Below, piece after piece: positions 1-13,090 of a stretch of DNA of 64,000 nucleotides. The notes under the pieces are model-generated. The model searched no databases, was not told the origin of the DNA, and worked only from the letters and a program-made list of their open reading frames with translations. A program made the position numbers and the translations under genes. The stretch comes from Lama glama. Its lineage: Eukaryota. The DNA lies in contig CM052832.1 of NCBI GenBank assembly GCA_028534125.1, forward strand, positions 22,880,001 to 22,944,000, in the 5' to 3' direction. Numbering within the stretch: the stretch's first letter is position 1; each line of letters starts with the position of its first letter.

Positions 1-1406
1 TTGTGTGAGGCTGTAGGGAAAAAGGCAAAATAATATAAACAGCAAGCCTGACAGCAGAGATGAGAGCCCTTCTCTCCGTGCTTTCCCTGGCTGCTCTGTC
101 AAGATCTTGATGCCTGGTGATGAATAGATTGCATGTGTGCAGCAGAAGATAAAAATGATCTCTGTTGGCCCATTCCCAGCCACAGATGTCATGGCCTTGA
201 CCTTAAATATCTTATTCCAGCCCTAGTTTGCCGAAATGCTGGAAGGCAAAATACTCTGTGTCACTGTGCCTCAGTGTGGTGAGAGGCTCCCAGAGCCTGG
301 GAATGTGTTCATATTTGGTGATGCCTTCCTGCGTCACTAAAGCAATCAGATGGACCCAGCTTGAAAAGACAATAAGGGCTGGACAAAAGCCGAGAGGGCA
401 AACAGATGGGTAATAATCCCCTCTTTATCATTCGTGTCTATGGAGAATTATTCAGCAGAACTGAATTCTCCGACGAACAGAGCTCTGGACGGCTTTATAA
501 AATTATGGGATTTTTCCTTTCTATTTGCTTCTGTGCTTTGAGAGAGATGGCAAAATGATATTCTTATTCATAATAGTAGAGAATGGTTGCAGAATAAAAA
601 GGATCCACTGACGCTGGTGGCAATCAATAGTGTGATGCCAGAGAGTGGGAGCTCCATTCAGCCAGAGCCCCTTTATCACGGATCAGGATATGCACAGGAC
701 ATCTGTCAGCACCCTCTGCAAGTTCCCAGGGTCTGTGATGGACAGGGCAAGGGAAAAGAGATGGGGCATCCGCTATTCAGAGCTGACTCTAGAAATCAGA
801 ATGACCCCAAGGGCCAACCAGATGATCTCCCCCCATTTCGTAAGTTTTGAAATAATTCAGTCAACTATGCCTTGGGAAGCTTCAGCTAACTGACTTGGTA
901 AAAGAAGTCCCCCATAAACCAGGATCAGGCCGGAGAGCGGGGAGGCATCTGCTGCCATGGATAGTGTGCTGGCTGCTTTCATATTTCACAGGCCCTCCCA
1001 CGTCCTCAGCCGCTGCTCGGCTCCAAGGGGGTCCTGCAGGCACTGTGGGTACCAGAGGGCAGCTGGGGTGGGGCACAGACTCCAGGGATGCTCGCCACTG
1101 CAGGGAATCCCCACCAACTGCTGCTGTCATCTTGCTGGATGTAGCTTTTGTGGGCTTGTGTTTCCCAGAAATGCAGCAGGAATGGTCTTCTAAGCTTAGG
1201 CTGAGAACCTAACCACATGTGGAAGAAATTCTTCCACACTTGATTACCTTAGTTTTGGGGCTGCTGTTCAACAGGGGTTTACAGGGGAATAGCTGGGGTG
1301 TTACCCTATGTTATCACGGACCGGGAGAAAATACTTTTCTCATCAAGGCTGTTTCATCACACAAAAAGAACAACAGGAACAGCCGCTACTTACTGAGGTA
1401 CAAAGG

Positions 1407-1443
1407 GCGCGCGTGCGTGCATGCGTGTGTGTGTGTGTGTGTG
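1407..1443. repeat. Alternating purine-pyrimidine (GC/GT) microsatellite
   Basis: gcgcgcgtgcgtgcatgcgt followed by (gt)n, read directly. Confidence 0.9.
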
Positions 1444-2497
1444 GATATATACAGTTAGAAGTTAAATGACTTCCTTAAGATATTACAATTCACAAACTTT
1501 GGGGCCCAGGGCTGTCTGATTCCAAATCTTAAGGCCCTTCTACAAAACCAAGCTACCCCACCTCTTGCACTTAGTTGCCGTTGATTCTTCACTGCCTTAT
1601 CCTCTTAACTCTCTTTTCACATTTTCTTAACTACATGGCAAGCACTTTGAGAGCAGGAGCCCCATTCTATATGCCTTTGTCTCCCCCTCAGAACCAAACA
1701 TGAGTCTAGCGAACACTCCCCTCAAGGCCACTACAAGACTTCCGTGTGATGGAAGTCGGTTACAGACATCTCAAGATTATCCCACAGTGCTATGAGACCT
1801 CAAAAGTCCTCATTTCATTTGAAGGATATGGCGGGAATAGTTGAGATCAGATAACTGAGGTCCTTGGATGCCAAACACAGCACAGACGAATACCCATGTG
1901 CCTCTACGTTTCCTAGCCTCCCCCTACTGGCTGCATGTGGGACATATGACTAATTCTGAGGGACGGACTGTGAGCAGAACGACACACAGCATTTAAGAGC
2001 TGATGTTCCTTTTCCATTCTTCTCGTCCTCATCACAGTAACAGGAGATGGTAGCATCACAAAATAAACATAGCCTGCATTTCTCCATGATTAGATGGATG
2101 AGAACGCTTTCATTAGACTTTGCTAGTAAAAGAAATACACTTTGTTTTTCTAAACTATTGCAATGTGGGGGTTTACACATTACTACTGTGAACTCTATCC
2201 TTTTTAAAATTTCTATGTCTTGCTGTAAGATTTGGACTTTATTTTAGTGAAGCTGGGACATTAGGTTTTATACAGGGACGCAGCTATTGAAAATACCTTT
2301 ACTATCAAATCAGCTCTTTTTCAAATCATTTCCTCATATTTTCTTTCTGACTGGCATTTTCCCGAGGTCATTTACTTCTCACTCATTCATTGAACAACTG
2401 GTTGTCAAACATCTTACTTATCCACTAGGATGTGTCTGGTGTGGGACATTTAGTGAGGATGATCTGGTTATTCATTAAATGCAGAAATAAAGCATAT

Positions 2498-2716
2498 TAA
2501 GTGCCAAACACTGTTCCAGTGCTCGTCAAACGTTTACTCATTTAATCCTCATAGCAAGGCTAGACTATCATTATCCTCATTTTATATATTAAGGAAACTG
2601 GAAGCCAGAGAGATTAAGTAACTTGCCCAAGGTCACAGAGCTGGTAGTGGGAAAAACAGGACTTGAACCCAGGCCATCTGGCTCCAGAATCCGGGCCCTG
2701 ATCCACCAAGCTATGT
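2498..2716 (-). mobile_element. MIR SINE
   Basis: Reverse-complement MIR core: actcatttaatcctc...gagagattaagtaacttgcccaaggtcacagagc...ggacttgaacccagg...tctggctccaga. Confidence 0.9.
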
Positions 2717-3327
2717 TGATGGCAGTGTTATAGTCTACTAAGTACGGAAGACAGAGTCCGAACAGACAACGATGGCCAACCTTGTCCTCCTCTGCCCATC
2801 TCGTGGGTAACTCGCTCCTCCTAATTTACCACAAATATCATCCTGGGGTTTAAGACCAGGAATTTCTCAGGATGATGCTGAGAGAGCTAACAGGGAATTG
2901 ATCCCATCTCGCATTCCCTTAATATTTTCTTTACCCTATCAAGCCACTTATCATACCACATCTTTACTTACTTAGTCATACACAAGTTTTATTCATCTGG
3001 GTATGCCCTATTGCACTTACCTCACCATACAAATATGCAGAGTAAATGTTTGACAGATAATGCAAACAAAAGAATGAGTAAACTAATTAATATAACCTTG
3101 CCATGTCTACAGCTAACATATTAGCATCTTTGGCTATTTCTGGTAAAATCCAGCAGTTAATCAAGTTTCTTTCTGCCTTATTATCAATCCTGCTTACATA
3201 ACACTCTGAACAAGTATTAATATTTCTTATTATTACTCCAACTGTGGAGTGATCTTTTGTGGTTCTAATTCTGAGAAAAAAAAATAATAAAGGATATTTA
3301 CTGATTATCTACTGTAAGTTAGGTAGC

Positions 3328-3673
3328 TGCTATGGACTAAATGTTTGTAACCCCCACCCTGACCCCCCCAAAATTCGTATGTTAAACCTCTAATTCCCAA
3401 AGTCATGGTATTTCAAGGCGGAAAAGTTGGGAGGTAATTAAGTCACGAGGGTGTAGCCCTTATGAATGAGATCAGTACCTTTATAAGAAGAAACATGAGA
3501 GGAATGAGCTGTCTCTCCAAGATGTGAGGATACAGCAAGGAGGCGGTCATCTGCCCAGCAGGATGAGAGCCCTTAGCAGGAACTGAATCAGCCATCCCAG
3601 TCTCCAGAAATGTGAGAAATGTTTGCTGTTTGCGTCACCCAGCCTATTTGTTATAGCAGCCTGAACTAAGACA
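3328..3673 (+). mobile_element. MaLR solo LTR, MLT1A0-like
   Basis: Starts tgctatggactaaatgtttgt and ends ttgttatagcagcctgaactaagaca; internal MLT1A blocks; ~350 bp. Confidence 0.9.
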
Positions 3674-3725
3674 GCAGTCTTATAAGGACTTTATATATAA
3701 CTTATTCAATCCTCCTCATTGTACA

Positions 3726-4769
3726 CAACTGATTCTCGTTATTCATGTAGTTACGTTTTATAATACTGATCTGATGCTTCTAGGGGAAATAATGGGTTAG
3801 GTTCCTGAAAACATCTGGTTGAAACATTTTCTTCTACTAATTGATACATAATCTTGTTTTATGCATGTTTCTGTTGAAAGACACTTCATTTAACATGTGC
3901 TATTGATTAATTTACATTGAAATCATGGCCAACAGCACTCGGACCAACTCATGCCTCAACAAAGCTTACCTAATGCCTGTATTTTCTTTAGTAGACACAT
4001 CACAGCCCTCTTGCGCTTAGGAACACCACGCAGAATTTAGCACTATGCTTAGGGATCATTTTAAATAGTGAAATCACCAACAAAAGCACCGAGATGTTAA
4101 ACATGTGGCATTAAATAGACCACAAGAAAAGACACGTGTTTACAGTGTTGAGAGCTGAAACAAGAAGTTAGAGCGTCACCTTGTTCAACTTCAGCTGGGA
4201 ACAGGCATGCTGGGCAACTCAAAATGTTCACCTTTCTTTATTTACATGGCTGCAAACTACCATAAAAGTGCTACAAGTATTTATCTTGGGGTCATAAATA
4301 AATTGTAGAGAGAGTAGGTAAATTCACAAATATGGAATCTGTGAATAATGAGTGTACTGACTAAAGGTCTATGTTCCCTCCAAATTCACATGTTGAAGCT
4401 CTCCTCCCCACAGTGTGACTGGATTTGGAGGTGGGTCATCCAAGAAAGTAAATTAAGGTTAAATGAGGTCATAGGGTGCGGCCCTGAACCGACTAGATTA
4501 GTACCCTTATAGGAAGAAACAATGGAGAGCTCCCCACTCCAGCTTACACACACTGAGAAAAAGCCACATGAGGACATAGTGAGAAGGCAGCAGTCTGCAG
4601 GCTGTGAGGAAAGCTCTCACCAGAAACTGAATCAGCCTGAACCTTCATCTTGGACTTCTAGCCTCTAGAATTAAAATAAATAAAATAAAATAAAATAAAT
4701 TTCTGTTTATATCAGTCTATGGTATTTTGTGGTAACAGCCGAGCAGAGTGAGACAACGAGGATCAACGA
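3726..4769 (-). mobile_element. MER82 (TcMar-Tigger) DNA transposon; terminal bases displaced to 4756-4769 by an LTR insertion
   Basis: caactgattctcgttattc ... cttgcgcttaggaacacc ... gagagctgaaacaagaag ... tatggaatctgtgaataatgag matches recalled reverse MER82. Confidence 0.85.
4353..4755 (+). mobile_element. MaLR solo LTR, MLT1A/MLT1B-like, with internal (TAAAA)n expansion
   Basis: aattaaggttaaatgaggtcatagggtg, catgaggacatagtgagaaggc, cttcatcttggacttctagcctctagaa, ends gagaca; TSD atgag/acgag. Confidence 0.88.
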
Positions 4770-7700
4770 TACTATTGTAACTCCACTTCAAGGATGAGGA
4801 AGTCCAGGCACAGAGATGGTACGTAACTAGCACGTGATTATCATATCTACTATATTTAATGGACCAGGTTTCAAGCCTGAGCAGTCTGACTCCAGATTCT
4901 CTGTTTAAACACTGGAACATGTTACTGGACTACTTCCCTTGATGAGAGCACATGATTTAAGCTGCTTTTCCCTTTTCTTCCAGATTTGCCTGTAGAATCA
5001 CCAAGTTGAGTTCTGAATCACACCTCTTCCCTTCCTGACAATACAGACTCTCTTGCAGCTCTCAGATTCCCCAGTGGAACAAGACTTGAGAAAGAGCGGT
5101 ATATAGACAGAACACATTCTTTCAGAGCTGGGGGATGACCCTCCTGCCTGGGCAGGGCTGGAACACCAGTTCTCTCAGCTTCCTGCAGGGAGGCAACCTC
5201 TTGAAAATTTCCTCTCCTTGGTTATGCTGTATCCACAAACCAGCAGAAAGCTCTCCCACTGCCCTGTGCATGTTACTGTATGGTAATCATCGAGATGATT
5301 ACATTGCATTCTTTCCATATGCCTGAGTGTAGCCAGTGTACTTTATTTGGTGACTTCAGTTCACTGGTTTTTAATGCTTTCTGGGTCATGGACTATTTTG
5401 ATAATCTCAGGAAAATTATGGACAGATTCCCCCAGAAAAATGCACACACAAAATGACACAGAAGTTTTTGCATAAATTTCAGAGGCTCTGGGACCTTCTC
5501 CCTTCTGCAGACCCTGACTGTATTGGTAGCCATCTCATTTATACAAGAAGGATGGAAGCCCCTAGCTCCGCTCTGTACAGTGTTAATGACCACAAACGGG
5601 CCATCCAGACTGGAGGGACTGGCACGAATGCGAAGGTGGGTTTCTGGTCACTGCAGAGCCTCCCTCTTGTTTCATTACATCGGGCTTATCTTTATCTTGT
5701 ATTTCAGTACCTCATCTCTATTCTCACAGTCCTTCAGCTATTTGCAAGCCCTTCCCACTCAGAAACAGGGGCAAAGCACAATATGTACGTGTAAAGAAAG
5801 AAACGCTCTGCTTCCCCTTAAAGGGGCACTGGTTTCTGAACCTTGGGAAATGGGTGATGTTACCACACGGTCAGGCAGAGTTTCCAATGGCAACTGAAAG
5901 CAGAATAGCAGGAAACTAGTTCAACAGCTGACACCAAAACGCTTTTCCATATGTAAAGCTGTCCTAAACCCACAAGAGACACTGAGAATAAACTTTGTGC
6001 TTTCTTTTTTTTGCTTAATACCAAATGGGTCAGGGAGAAGCACTGGACGCTTTTAAAAATGCACTTATAATTTTGAATCCAAGCTGTGAGAGTACCCATT
6101 GGAGACAACTGTTCTCTCATGACCTGCTTTGAATAAACAATCACGGCTCTGTGTGATATTACTTCTTAACCAGATTCTAGCATTGAGCTGCTGGCTCGCC
6201 ATGGTTACTTGCATTTTAAACCAGTGTCTCCTTTTCCTTCCCCTTGGCTAAGATTCCTGCTTACTTGGCAGTGGCTCCTTCTCATTTGAACTTTTGCCCT
6301 CTTTTAATCTCCACCAAATTTTAGTCTAAAAGAACCTTTCACAGGCACCTTTTGTTACTCTGAGTTTCTTTCTCGTGTGAGAACCAGCTCAGGGAGCTGG
6401 TTACTGGAAAACACTCAAGGGCCTGTCTTCCTTCTCTGCGAAGCCAGCAGTGACAGGCTGTTTTGTGTGTGTACTTTTCTTTAAAAAAAAAAAAATCAAC
6501 GAAGCACAAGATGCAAGCTGCTTGCTGAAAACAAAATGTTTGCTTACAAAGGCAAGCGAACACACACATATTTGCATCTGTCCATGTGGCTTCACTCTTG
6601 TTCCGTCAGGGCCGCTCCGCTTTATTTCCCCAGGGATCGCACTGCTGAAACTTATTTCAGATCAAACGCCAAACTGATGAAGACTTTTGTCCCTCCTGAC
6701 TTCCCTACCAGTTATAATTCAGGGAGGCCTCCAGGTCCTCAGCATCTGTGGAACCAGTTTCTCTTTCAAAAGAAGAACTAATATGTCCACCCGGCTTCTC
6801 ATTTGACGGTTAGCCGATCGGCTTCCTACTTAAACAGAGCCCACCCTTTACTCAGAACCTCATGCTCCATGCTGTCCACTCTGTGGATTTCTTCCTGTGC
6901 CTGGGCCAGGCACTCAGTCCCGTTCCGCTCTCCCTTGCTCACTGTAGCCATCCCTGACCACTCAGCAGTGGCAGTTCCTTTCCCTGGACCAAACGCACCA
7001 TCTCTCTACACTCCGGTGCCTGAGCTTCAGAAGAGATAGGTCTGTTCAGACCCACCAGCCCCACATACAACCTAGTGTCCAACTGAAGCTGGGACCTACC
7101 TTACAGTCTGATAACTCAGTTCTACAAATCTTCTTCTACCCTTTGCTGAATATTCTAGACTGCCTCTCCTTTTCTTTTCACTCTGCTGCTCTCTGTGACC
7201 TCCTTGCCTGCTACTTGGCTCAGAAGACAGGAGTTCACTGGCTTAAGTTACTACATTTGCTCACACCCTGGTGAACACTCTGGTGCCATCGTCCAGCCTT
7301 GCAGGGCGGGTACACTTCCTCTTTCAGCAAGCCAGTCTCTCCATCTGTGTGAGCTCTTGACAAAGCCCTTCCAGATGCAGAGGAGCTATGCTCCATATTT
7401 TCTGCACAGTCACAGTCATTTACTCTACCAACTCCTATTCTTCTGCCTTCAAACATGTTGAAGTCACTACAAACAACACCAACAACACATTCCCAAATAA
7501 GCCTTCCTGTTCTATATGCATTTCTGACTACCAGCCAACTTCTTTCCATCCTTATAATGCCACACTTGAATTGTCTGCATCTGCCGCTTTTATCTCCTCA
7601 TCTCCACTCCTCTGCTCTCTCATTCCCTCTTCGATTGCTGTCATCATCACCACCTTCCTAAGAATTTTCTCCTGAGGGTCATCAGTCAACACAATATTCC

Positions 7701-8891
7701 CTTCACCTTCAGTCTCCCCATCTTCTCCACTACAAATGGCTTACTTGTCAGATAAAAATCCTATTTTCTGGTTATCGCGTTGTTTTGATTTCCTCTCCTT
7801 TTATGTCTTCTTCTTTTAGGTTCCTCTTTCCAAAGCTCATTCCTTAACTCAGTTACATTTATTTTATCAAAATTTTGTTTTGGACACTGGCTCCATCATA
7901 GCTTAAATGTAACAAGATGTGGAATAGGACTTATCTAATTATCTGGAGATTATAGTTCAAGCTTCAATACCAAGGTTAATAGGCCATAGGAAGGACTAAT
8001 GATCACCCGGTAGGCAAAATACAGAAACACTTCCGGGCAGTTGGTAAACAGACACTTCCCTGAGCTTTACCACTCCACTACCTTGGCCATTCTCCTGCAA
8101 CACCGTGGATTTTCTAATAATCCAGCAAATGGATCCTGGGTCCTGGAAAATCAAGGCCTTTCTAGAATACTTTTTTAACAGTATGAATCTGAATCCACTC
8201 CAACAGTCTGCCATGATGGCTGTTAACCATACTGAATCTCTCTGTCAATAAATACCTCCATGTTCTAAAGGGCAGCCAAAGAGATACCCTCAAAGCTCTC
8301 CTAAGATATGACCATATTGGAACTTCTTTTTCCTTCTCACCTTCCCCACCCATTCTATATAAGCAAAAGCCAGGAGTTCCTGGAGAGAGAGAGAGGCTGT
8401 GGAAGGAGAGAACAGTGCTGTCTAGAGGAGGAATGCACATGAAGAAGGACAGGAGAGCTCTCCCCACTAACCAAGTAAGAGGAGCTCCCTGAGACTTTGT
8501 CTGCAAATGAAGACAAACCAGATCACCCTCTCAAATTGGGTACTTTCAAGATGCAGACATTTTTAGCCTCACTCAGTGCATCAAATTTTGATGAGGGAGG
8601 CCTTTGGAGCACTTGCCATTTAGAAAGAATTTATATTGTGTCCCCTGAAGTTTGAAAGTGCCCATAAAAATAGATACTGGAGCCTGCTGCCAAACTGGAA
8701 GAATCAGAAGACAAATGGCTGGCTGCAATTGCCTTTCATGGGGAGACAGGGAAGAGAGTGCCTTGAGGGTAGACTGCCCACAGTCTGGCATGGAAACAAA
8801 GTATGAGTTTCCTTTTAGACCAAGTGCACTTGAGCTGTCTCCATGGAATCATACTTTGCCTTCTGGGGGAGAGGGGATCCTAACAGGATGG

Positions 8892-8991
8892 NNNNNNNNN
8901 NNNNNNNNNNNNNNNNNNNNNNNNNNNNNNNNNNNNNNNNNNNNNNNNNNNNNNNNNNNNNNNNNNNNNNNNNNNNNNNNNNNNNNNNNNN
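8892..8991. other. Assembly gap (100 N)
   Basis: Run of N. Confidence 1.
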
Positions 8992-9269
8992 ATCAAATTA
9001 GACGTGAGACTAGAATTTTGACTTAAACTTGTTGGGAAATTTTTACTTTCTGAAAGTAAGCAATACATACCTAAGCATTCTTATAATCTAAAATGGCTAT
9101 GAAACTATGGAATCATCTCAAGAAAGCATAGGAAGGAAATGGAGGTATGACTAGCCATGTTAGAAGCTAGAGATTAGCGAAAAATAAAATTGTTTTCTCC
9201 ATGTACCACTGCTCAATAACCAGTTATACATGTTTTAAACCATTCTGACTACTGAGGCACTTATATTAT

Positions 9270-9935
9270 TGTGAAATTGTGATTTATAATAAAAAAATAT
9301 ATATTTGATCTTTGTTCATTATTCCTAGTACATAGCCCCTAAAAAAAACTTGGAATTTCTTAGGCAACGGGAGCCAAAAAGGTATCTCTTGTTATATTAA
9401 TAAGGGGACTTTTGGACCCTACCTAAGGATGGGGATTGGTTGCCAGGAGTACCAACCACAGAAGTAGAGGGTTAGAGCCTTCAGTCCCACTCCCCTTACC
9501 TCCGGGGAGGGGAGAAGGGCTGGAGGTTGAATCAATCACCCATGGACAATGATCTAATTAATCATACCTTTGTAATAATGAAGCCTCAATAAAAACCCAA
9601 AAGTAGGTTTAGAGAGTTTCCTGGTGGGTAAACATGTGGAAATATGAGGAGAGTGGCACACTGAGAATGTAGAGCTCAGGGCCCCCTCACAAGAAAGGAG
9701 TCATTGATCTACAAGCAGTCAATATGAAACACAGGTGACAATCTAGACTTTTGATTGTCGTCTGATGGGGTGAGGGTTGGGGGAAGTCTCGTGAGATTGA
9801 GCCCTGTGGGAACTGGAGCTATCTCCAAGTAGATGGTGTTGGAATTGAGTAGAATTGTAGTATACTCAGCTGGTGTCTGCAAATTGCTTGGAGTGAGGAA
9901 CCCTCTTCCAGCATTGGAATTGGTGATCAGAATTG
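9270..9935 (+). mobile_element. MER21-like ERV LTR
   Basis: ggttgccaggagtaccaacc, ggggagaagggctggaggttgaatcaatcac, aatgaagcctcaataaaaaccc, tatctccaagtagatggtgttggaattg. Confidence 0.75.
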
Positions 9936-9957
9936 TAATTATTAACTATTGTTTTAC

Positions 9958-10250
9958 TTAAGATTGTTAGAGTTGTAAGTGACAGACTTGACTCAAATAG
10001 GCTTAAGAAAAAGACTAGAATGGCTCAGGTCATTTAAAAGTCTAGAGGTGTTGGGTTTTGGATTCAGGAATAACCCAGGACTCAAAATAATGTTATCACT
10101 CCCGAGCCCACCCTGATGGGTGAAATGTGTGTCATATGTCCATCCCTGCAGTTGGAAAGGGTACTTCAGCCTCATATGAATCACAAAAAGGCCCATTTTT
10201 AAGAAAGGGGGGGGGGCTGAAACCAACAAAGATAACCAATGTCTACTAGA
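9958..10250 (-). mobile_element. Old MaLR LTR fragment (MLT1J/K/L-like)
   Basis: gttgtaagtgacagacttgactcaaataggcttaag resembles the reverse end of old MLT1. Confidence 0.5.
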
Positions 10251-10284
10251 GCAACCTCATTTACAGCCTCTTGCAAAGGATCAC

Positions 10285-10455
10285 TGTCCATTTTTCCCTT
10301 CACTTCTGTCAGTTTTTCATGTCTTTTGGGGCTCTCTTGTTAGGTGCATATATTGGCCTTTTTATTATTAGAAAAAGTCACTTAGTCTCTTGTAAAGTTT
10401 TTTTGTCTCTTAGTAACAATTCTCCTTTTAAATCCATTTTTTGTCTGATATCACC
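10285..10455 (-). mobile_element. Old L1 (L1M) fragment
   Basis: tgtccatttttcccttcacttctgtcagttttt...gctctcttgttaggtgcatata is typical antisense L1 sequence near the start of ORF2. Confidence 0.6.
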
Positions 10456-10499
10456 CTAAAGAATGGGGTGAGGAAGTCAAACTACAGAACTTGATAATG

Positions 10500-11200
10500 C
10501 TTTAGATTTGGGGAATTTTATCAAATATATTGGTATGACTTCAAGATTTGGAGCCTGGTTGACATGGTAAGGTCATTCACCAAGAGTGGGCAAAGGGAAG
10601 GAATGACAGATGTGGGATTTAAAAAGAATGAGTTTCTTTTGGAATATTATGAGTTTAAAGATTTATGAGTAAACCGAACAGTCTTCGGTGACTACTTTAG
10701 AATTATAATATTATCTAATTATTCGGTGTATGACTCTATTTTGAAATCTATATATTTGCAATTCTACCATGCCTAGCACAGAGTTTAGCTTGGACTAGAT
10801 AAGATGCTTATACATTGAAAGGCTGATTTAGAAACTTGATACTGTCCTGAGTATCCAGCCATTCTACACAAAATTTAGTTCCCTGGATATACCATGTTTT
10901 GTTTTGTTTTGAATCATGGGTCTTCCTTTCCTTGGAATGCCCTTCTCTTCTCACCTCATCATTCACTTGGCTAAGCCTAACTGCTTTTCAGGTCTCAGCT
11001 CCGATACCACTGTCTACAGAAGGCTTTCTAATGACTCAAAATTTTCTGTGTAATTCCTTCCATTTTCAGTGCAGCCCTTGCTCTATTACATTGTTTAATA
11101 GCCTGTTCCATTGCTTCCTGTCTACTATTTTTATCAGTAGATAATATAATACATGGGCAATTCAATAAATCTTTTTTTTTAATTAATTGTCAAATAAATA
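10500..11200. mobile_element. L2 fragments (minus ~10500-10670, plus ~10900-11200)
   Basis: gagtttcttttggaatattatgagttt; cttggaatgcccttctc...ttcaggtctcagctc; tail tcaataaat. Confidence 0.55.
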
Positions 11201-11539
11201 AATTTAGCCACAGAAAAGAACCGTCTGTCTCATTCTCTATTTTACATGCCTATACCAGCATATCTAGGAATTAAAGGCATTGACTTTGGAATAAAAATAA
11301 GGAACAAGATAGTTTCATATAAAGAGAAATGGATTATTCTAGAATAGCTATTCAAAGGAAAGAAAGGAAGATTTTCTTTGTGAAACACCCATCAAGTAAA
11401 TTCTTCCCTGGAATCAAAATTTTATACATCACTCAAAGTTACCCAACAACATAAACTAAGCAGGTTTTGGAATGGTTGACTTATGGATGATGACATTCGC
11501 CAAGTTTGGAATGTTTGGGGCTTATAACTCAATTACATA

Positions 11540-11728
11540 TCATATTTCATCAAATCTAACATGACATTGATTGTTATATGCACCATTATTTTAAGTACCT
11601 TCAAAAAAAGAAAAGTAAAACTTGCTGATTATGACACAGTGTTTAGGAATAGCTATTGTAAGACACACTTTGATATTAGAGATATTAAAATGTGAAAAAG
11701 ATGTATGTCTTCAACTGAATTAAATTTA
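11540..11728 (-). mobile_element. MER104-like (TcMar-Tc2) MITE
   Basis: catatttcatcaaatctaacatg...gcaccattattttaagtacc...ttagagatattaaaatgtgaaaaa matches recalled reverse MER104. Confidence 0.75.
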
Positions 11729-13013
11729 TTATATAAGAGTCAGGATTATAGACTGAGAAAGAACCTAAGACTTCATCCAATCTAATCTTCATCAATTTAC
11801 AAATGAACTGAGAATCCAGAGTTTAAGTTTAGACAGGTACACAGATATTGAGCAAGTCATCACCCTGGGAGACCAGATGGGCTGGTCTGTTCCAGTATTA
11901 ACATTTCATAATTCTGTGCACTAGCATTAATATTAAAAAAGAGACTCATGGGAAATGTATGTCATCACAACATGACAAATGGCTCCTTCTTATGTTAGAG
12001 ATAGATAATTTATCTCAACAAATACCTTACTTTAAATTCTCTATCCTCAAACATCTGAATCCTAGCATCTATCCCCAGTGAATCCAGGGTTTGCCTAGAA
12101 AGAGAAACTTGAATCCAGTTTTTGGCCATCAAGGAAATACCTAATGAGATGTATGTAAATCTGATGATATACTGGATTTTTTTTCCCTCTGCTCCTTGAA
12201 AATCTTTCATTTAATCAAAGGATATTTTTATGGTGCTAAGATATGCAGCATTTCACACAAGGAACAAATCAAATTTTCCATATAATTATGGTAAATTTTT
12301 AATTCACTACTTCTAATGGCAACTTGTTTGATTTTCTTCAGAAAATGTTAGCTTTCTTGCTACACCGTGCTGTAAGCTTTGTTTTAAAAAGGCACTTATT
12401 CGCCTTCTCTTTCCTTCATTCTCCCCTTCCCTTAACACCACAATTGAAAAACTCCCACTCACGTCCACCCCCTCTCAGACTCCCCCACCCACCTGAAACC
12501 TCAGGCCCTCCTTTCATTACCTTGCTAATAACAAAAGCATCTTCATTTTCTCTGGAACTCATGCAGAAGAAACATTTTAAGCTCAACTAAATAATTATCC
12601 ACCTACTTTCTATTTCCTCCCAAGGGGGAAAAAAATCCTGATTGACTGAAAAATCACCAGGTTGTTGTCACCAGAATCCTTAATGTGACTTAATGTGAAA
12701 CCTTCCTTACAATCTTCTTTCTTCAGCCTTCTGTTTTTGATGTGGGAAGTGGCAAAATTAAGGGAATTTGTGGGTTGTATGAGATAAATGAAGGCACATT
12801 TAATTGAACAAGTCTTCGTGAATGCATTCAGTGTATGACTGACATGCCAAAGGGAACCACGCACCGGAGCGCTGTGTGGTTATCTCTCAGTTTGCCGCCG
12901 ACTCCTACAGCAGGCCTGAGAGATGCCTGCAGGGTTGTGCTCAGAGCAAGACTCACGGTTCAGGAGCAACAGCCGGAGGATGGTCAGGAGCTGCCAGCCA
13001 CAGAATGACTTAC

Positions 13014-13090
13014 CAAAGCAAGTGAAGACACAGCCTGTCTCAGCCCACCCAGTCTCCAGTGGCTTCTTCATCTTCGTTTTGCAGCAAACG
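13014..13090 (-). other. Candidate 77-nt spliced exon of an unidentified minus-strand transcript
   Basis: Minus strand reads aaCTAATgattttctttcatcctttctaaacAG|cgtttg...tgctttg|GTAAGTc: branch point, pyrimidine tract, CAG and consensus donor, in repeat-free DNA. Confidence 0.55.

Larger units (their letters stand above)
3283..4915 (-). mobile_element. MIR SINE split into three pieces (~3283-3327, ~3674-3725, ~4770-4915) by later insertions
   Basis: The pieces join collinearly into reverse MIR: tatataacttattcaatcctc / gatgaggaagtccaggcacagagatggtacgtaact / gcagtctgactccaga. Confidence 0.65.

Noticed and set aside
543..850. ORF 587-850 ending near a TTC|GTAAGT donor at 839/840
   Set aside because: No recognisable protein. 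The nearest plausible acceptor (542) gives stops in all frames, and the exonic donor bases are weak.
3012..3030. Strong minus-strand donor GAG|GTAAGT
   Set aside because: No matching acceptor at exon distance, and it lies in degraded L2-like sequence.
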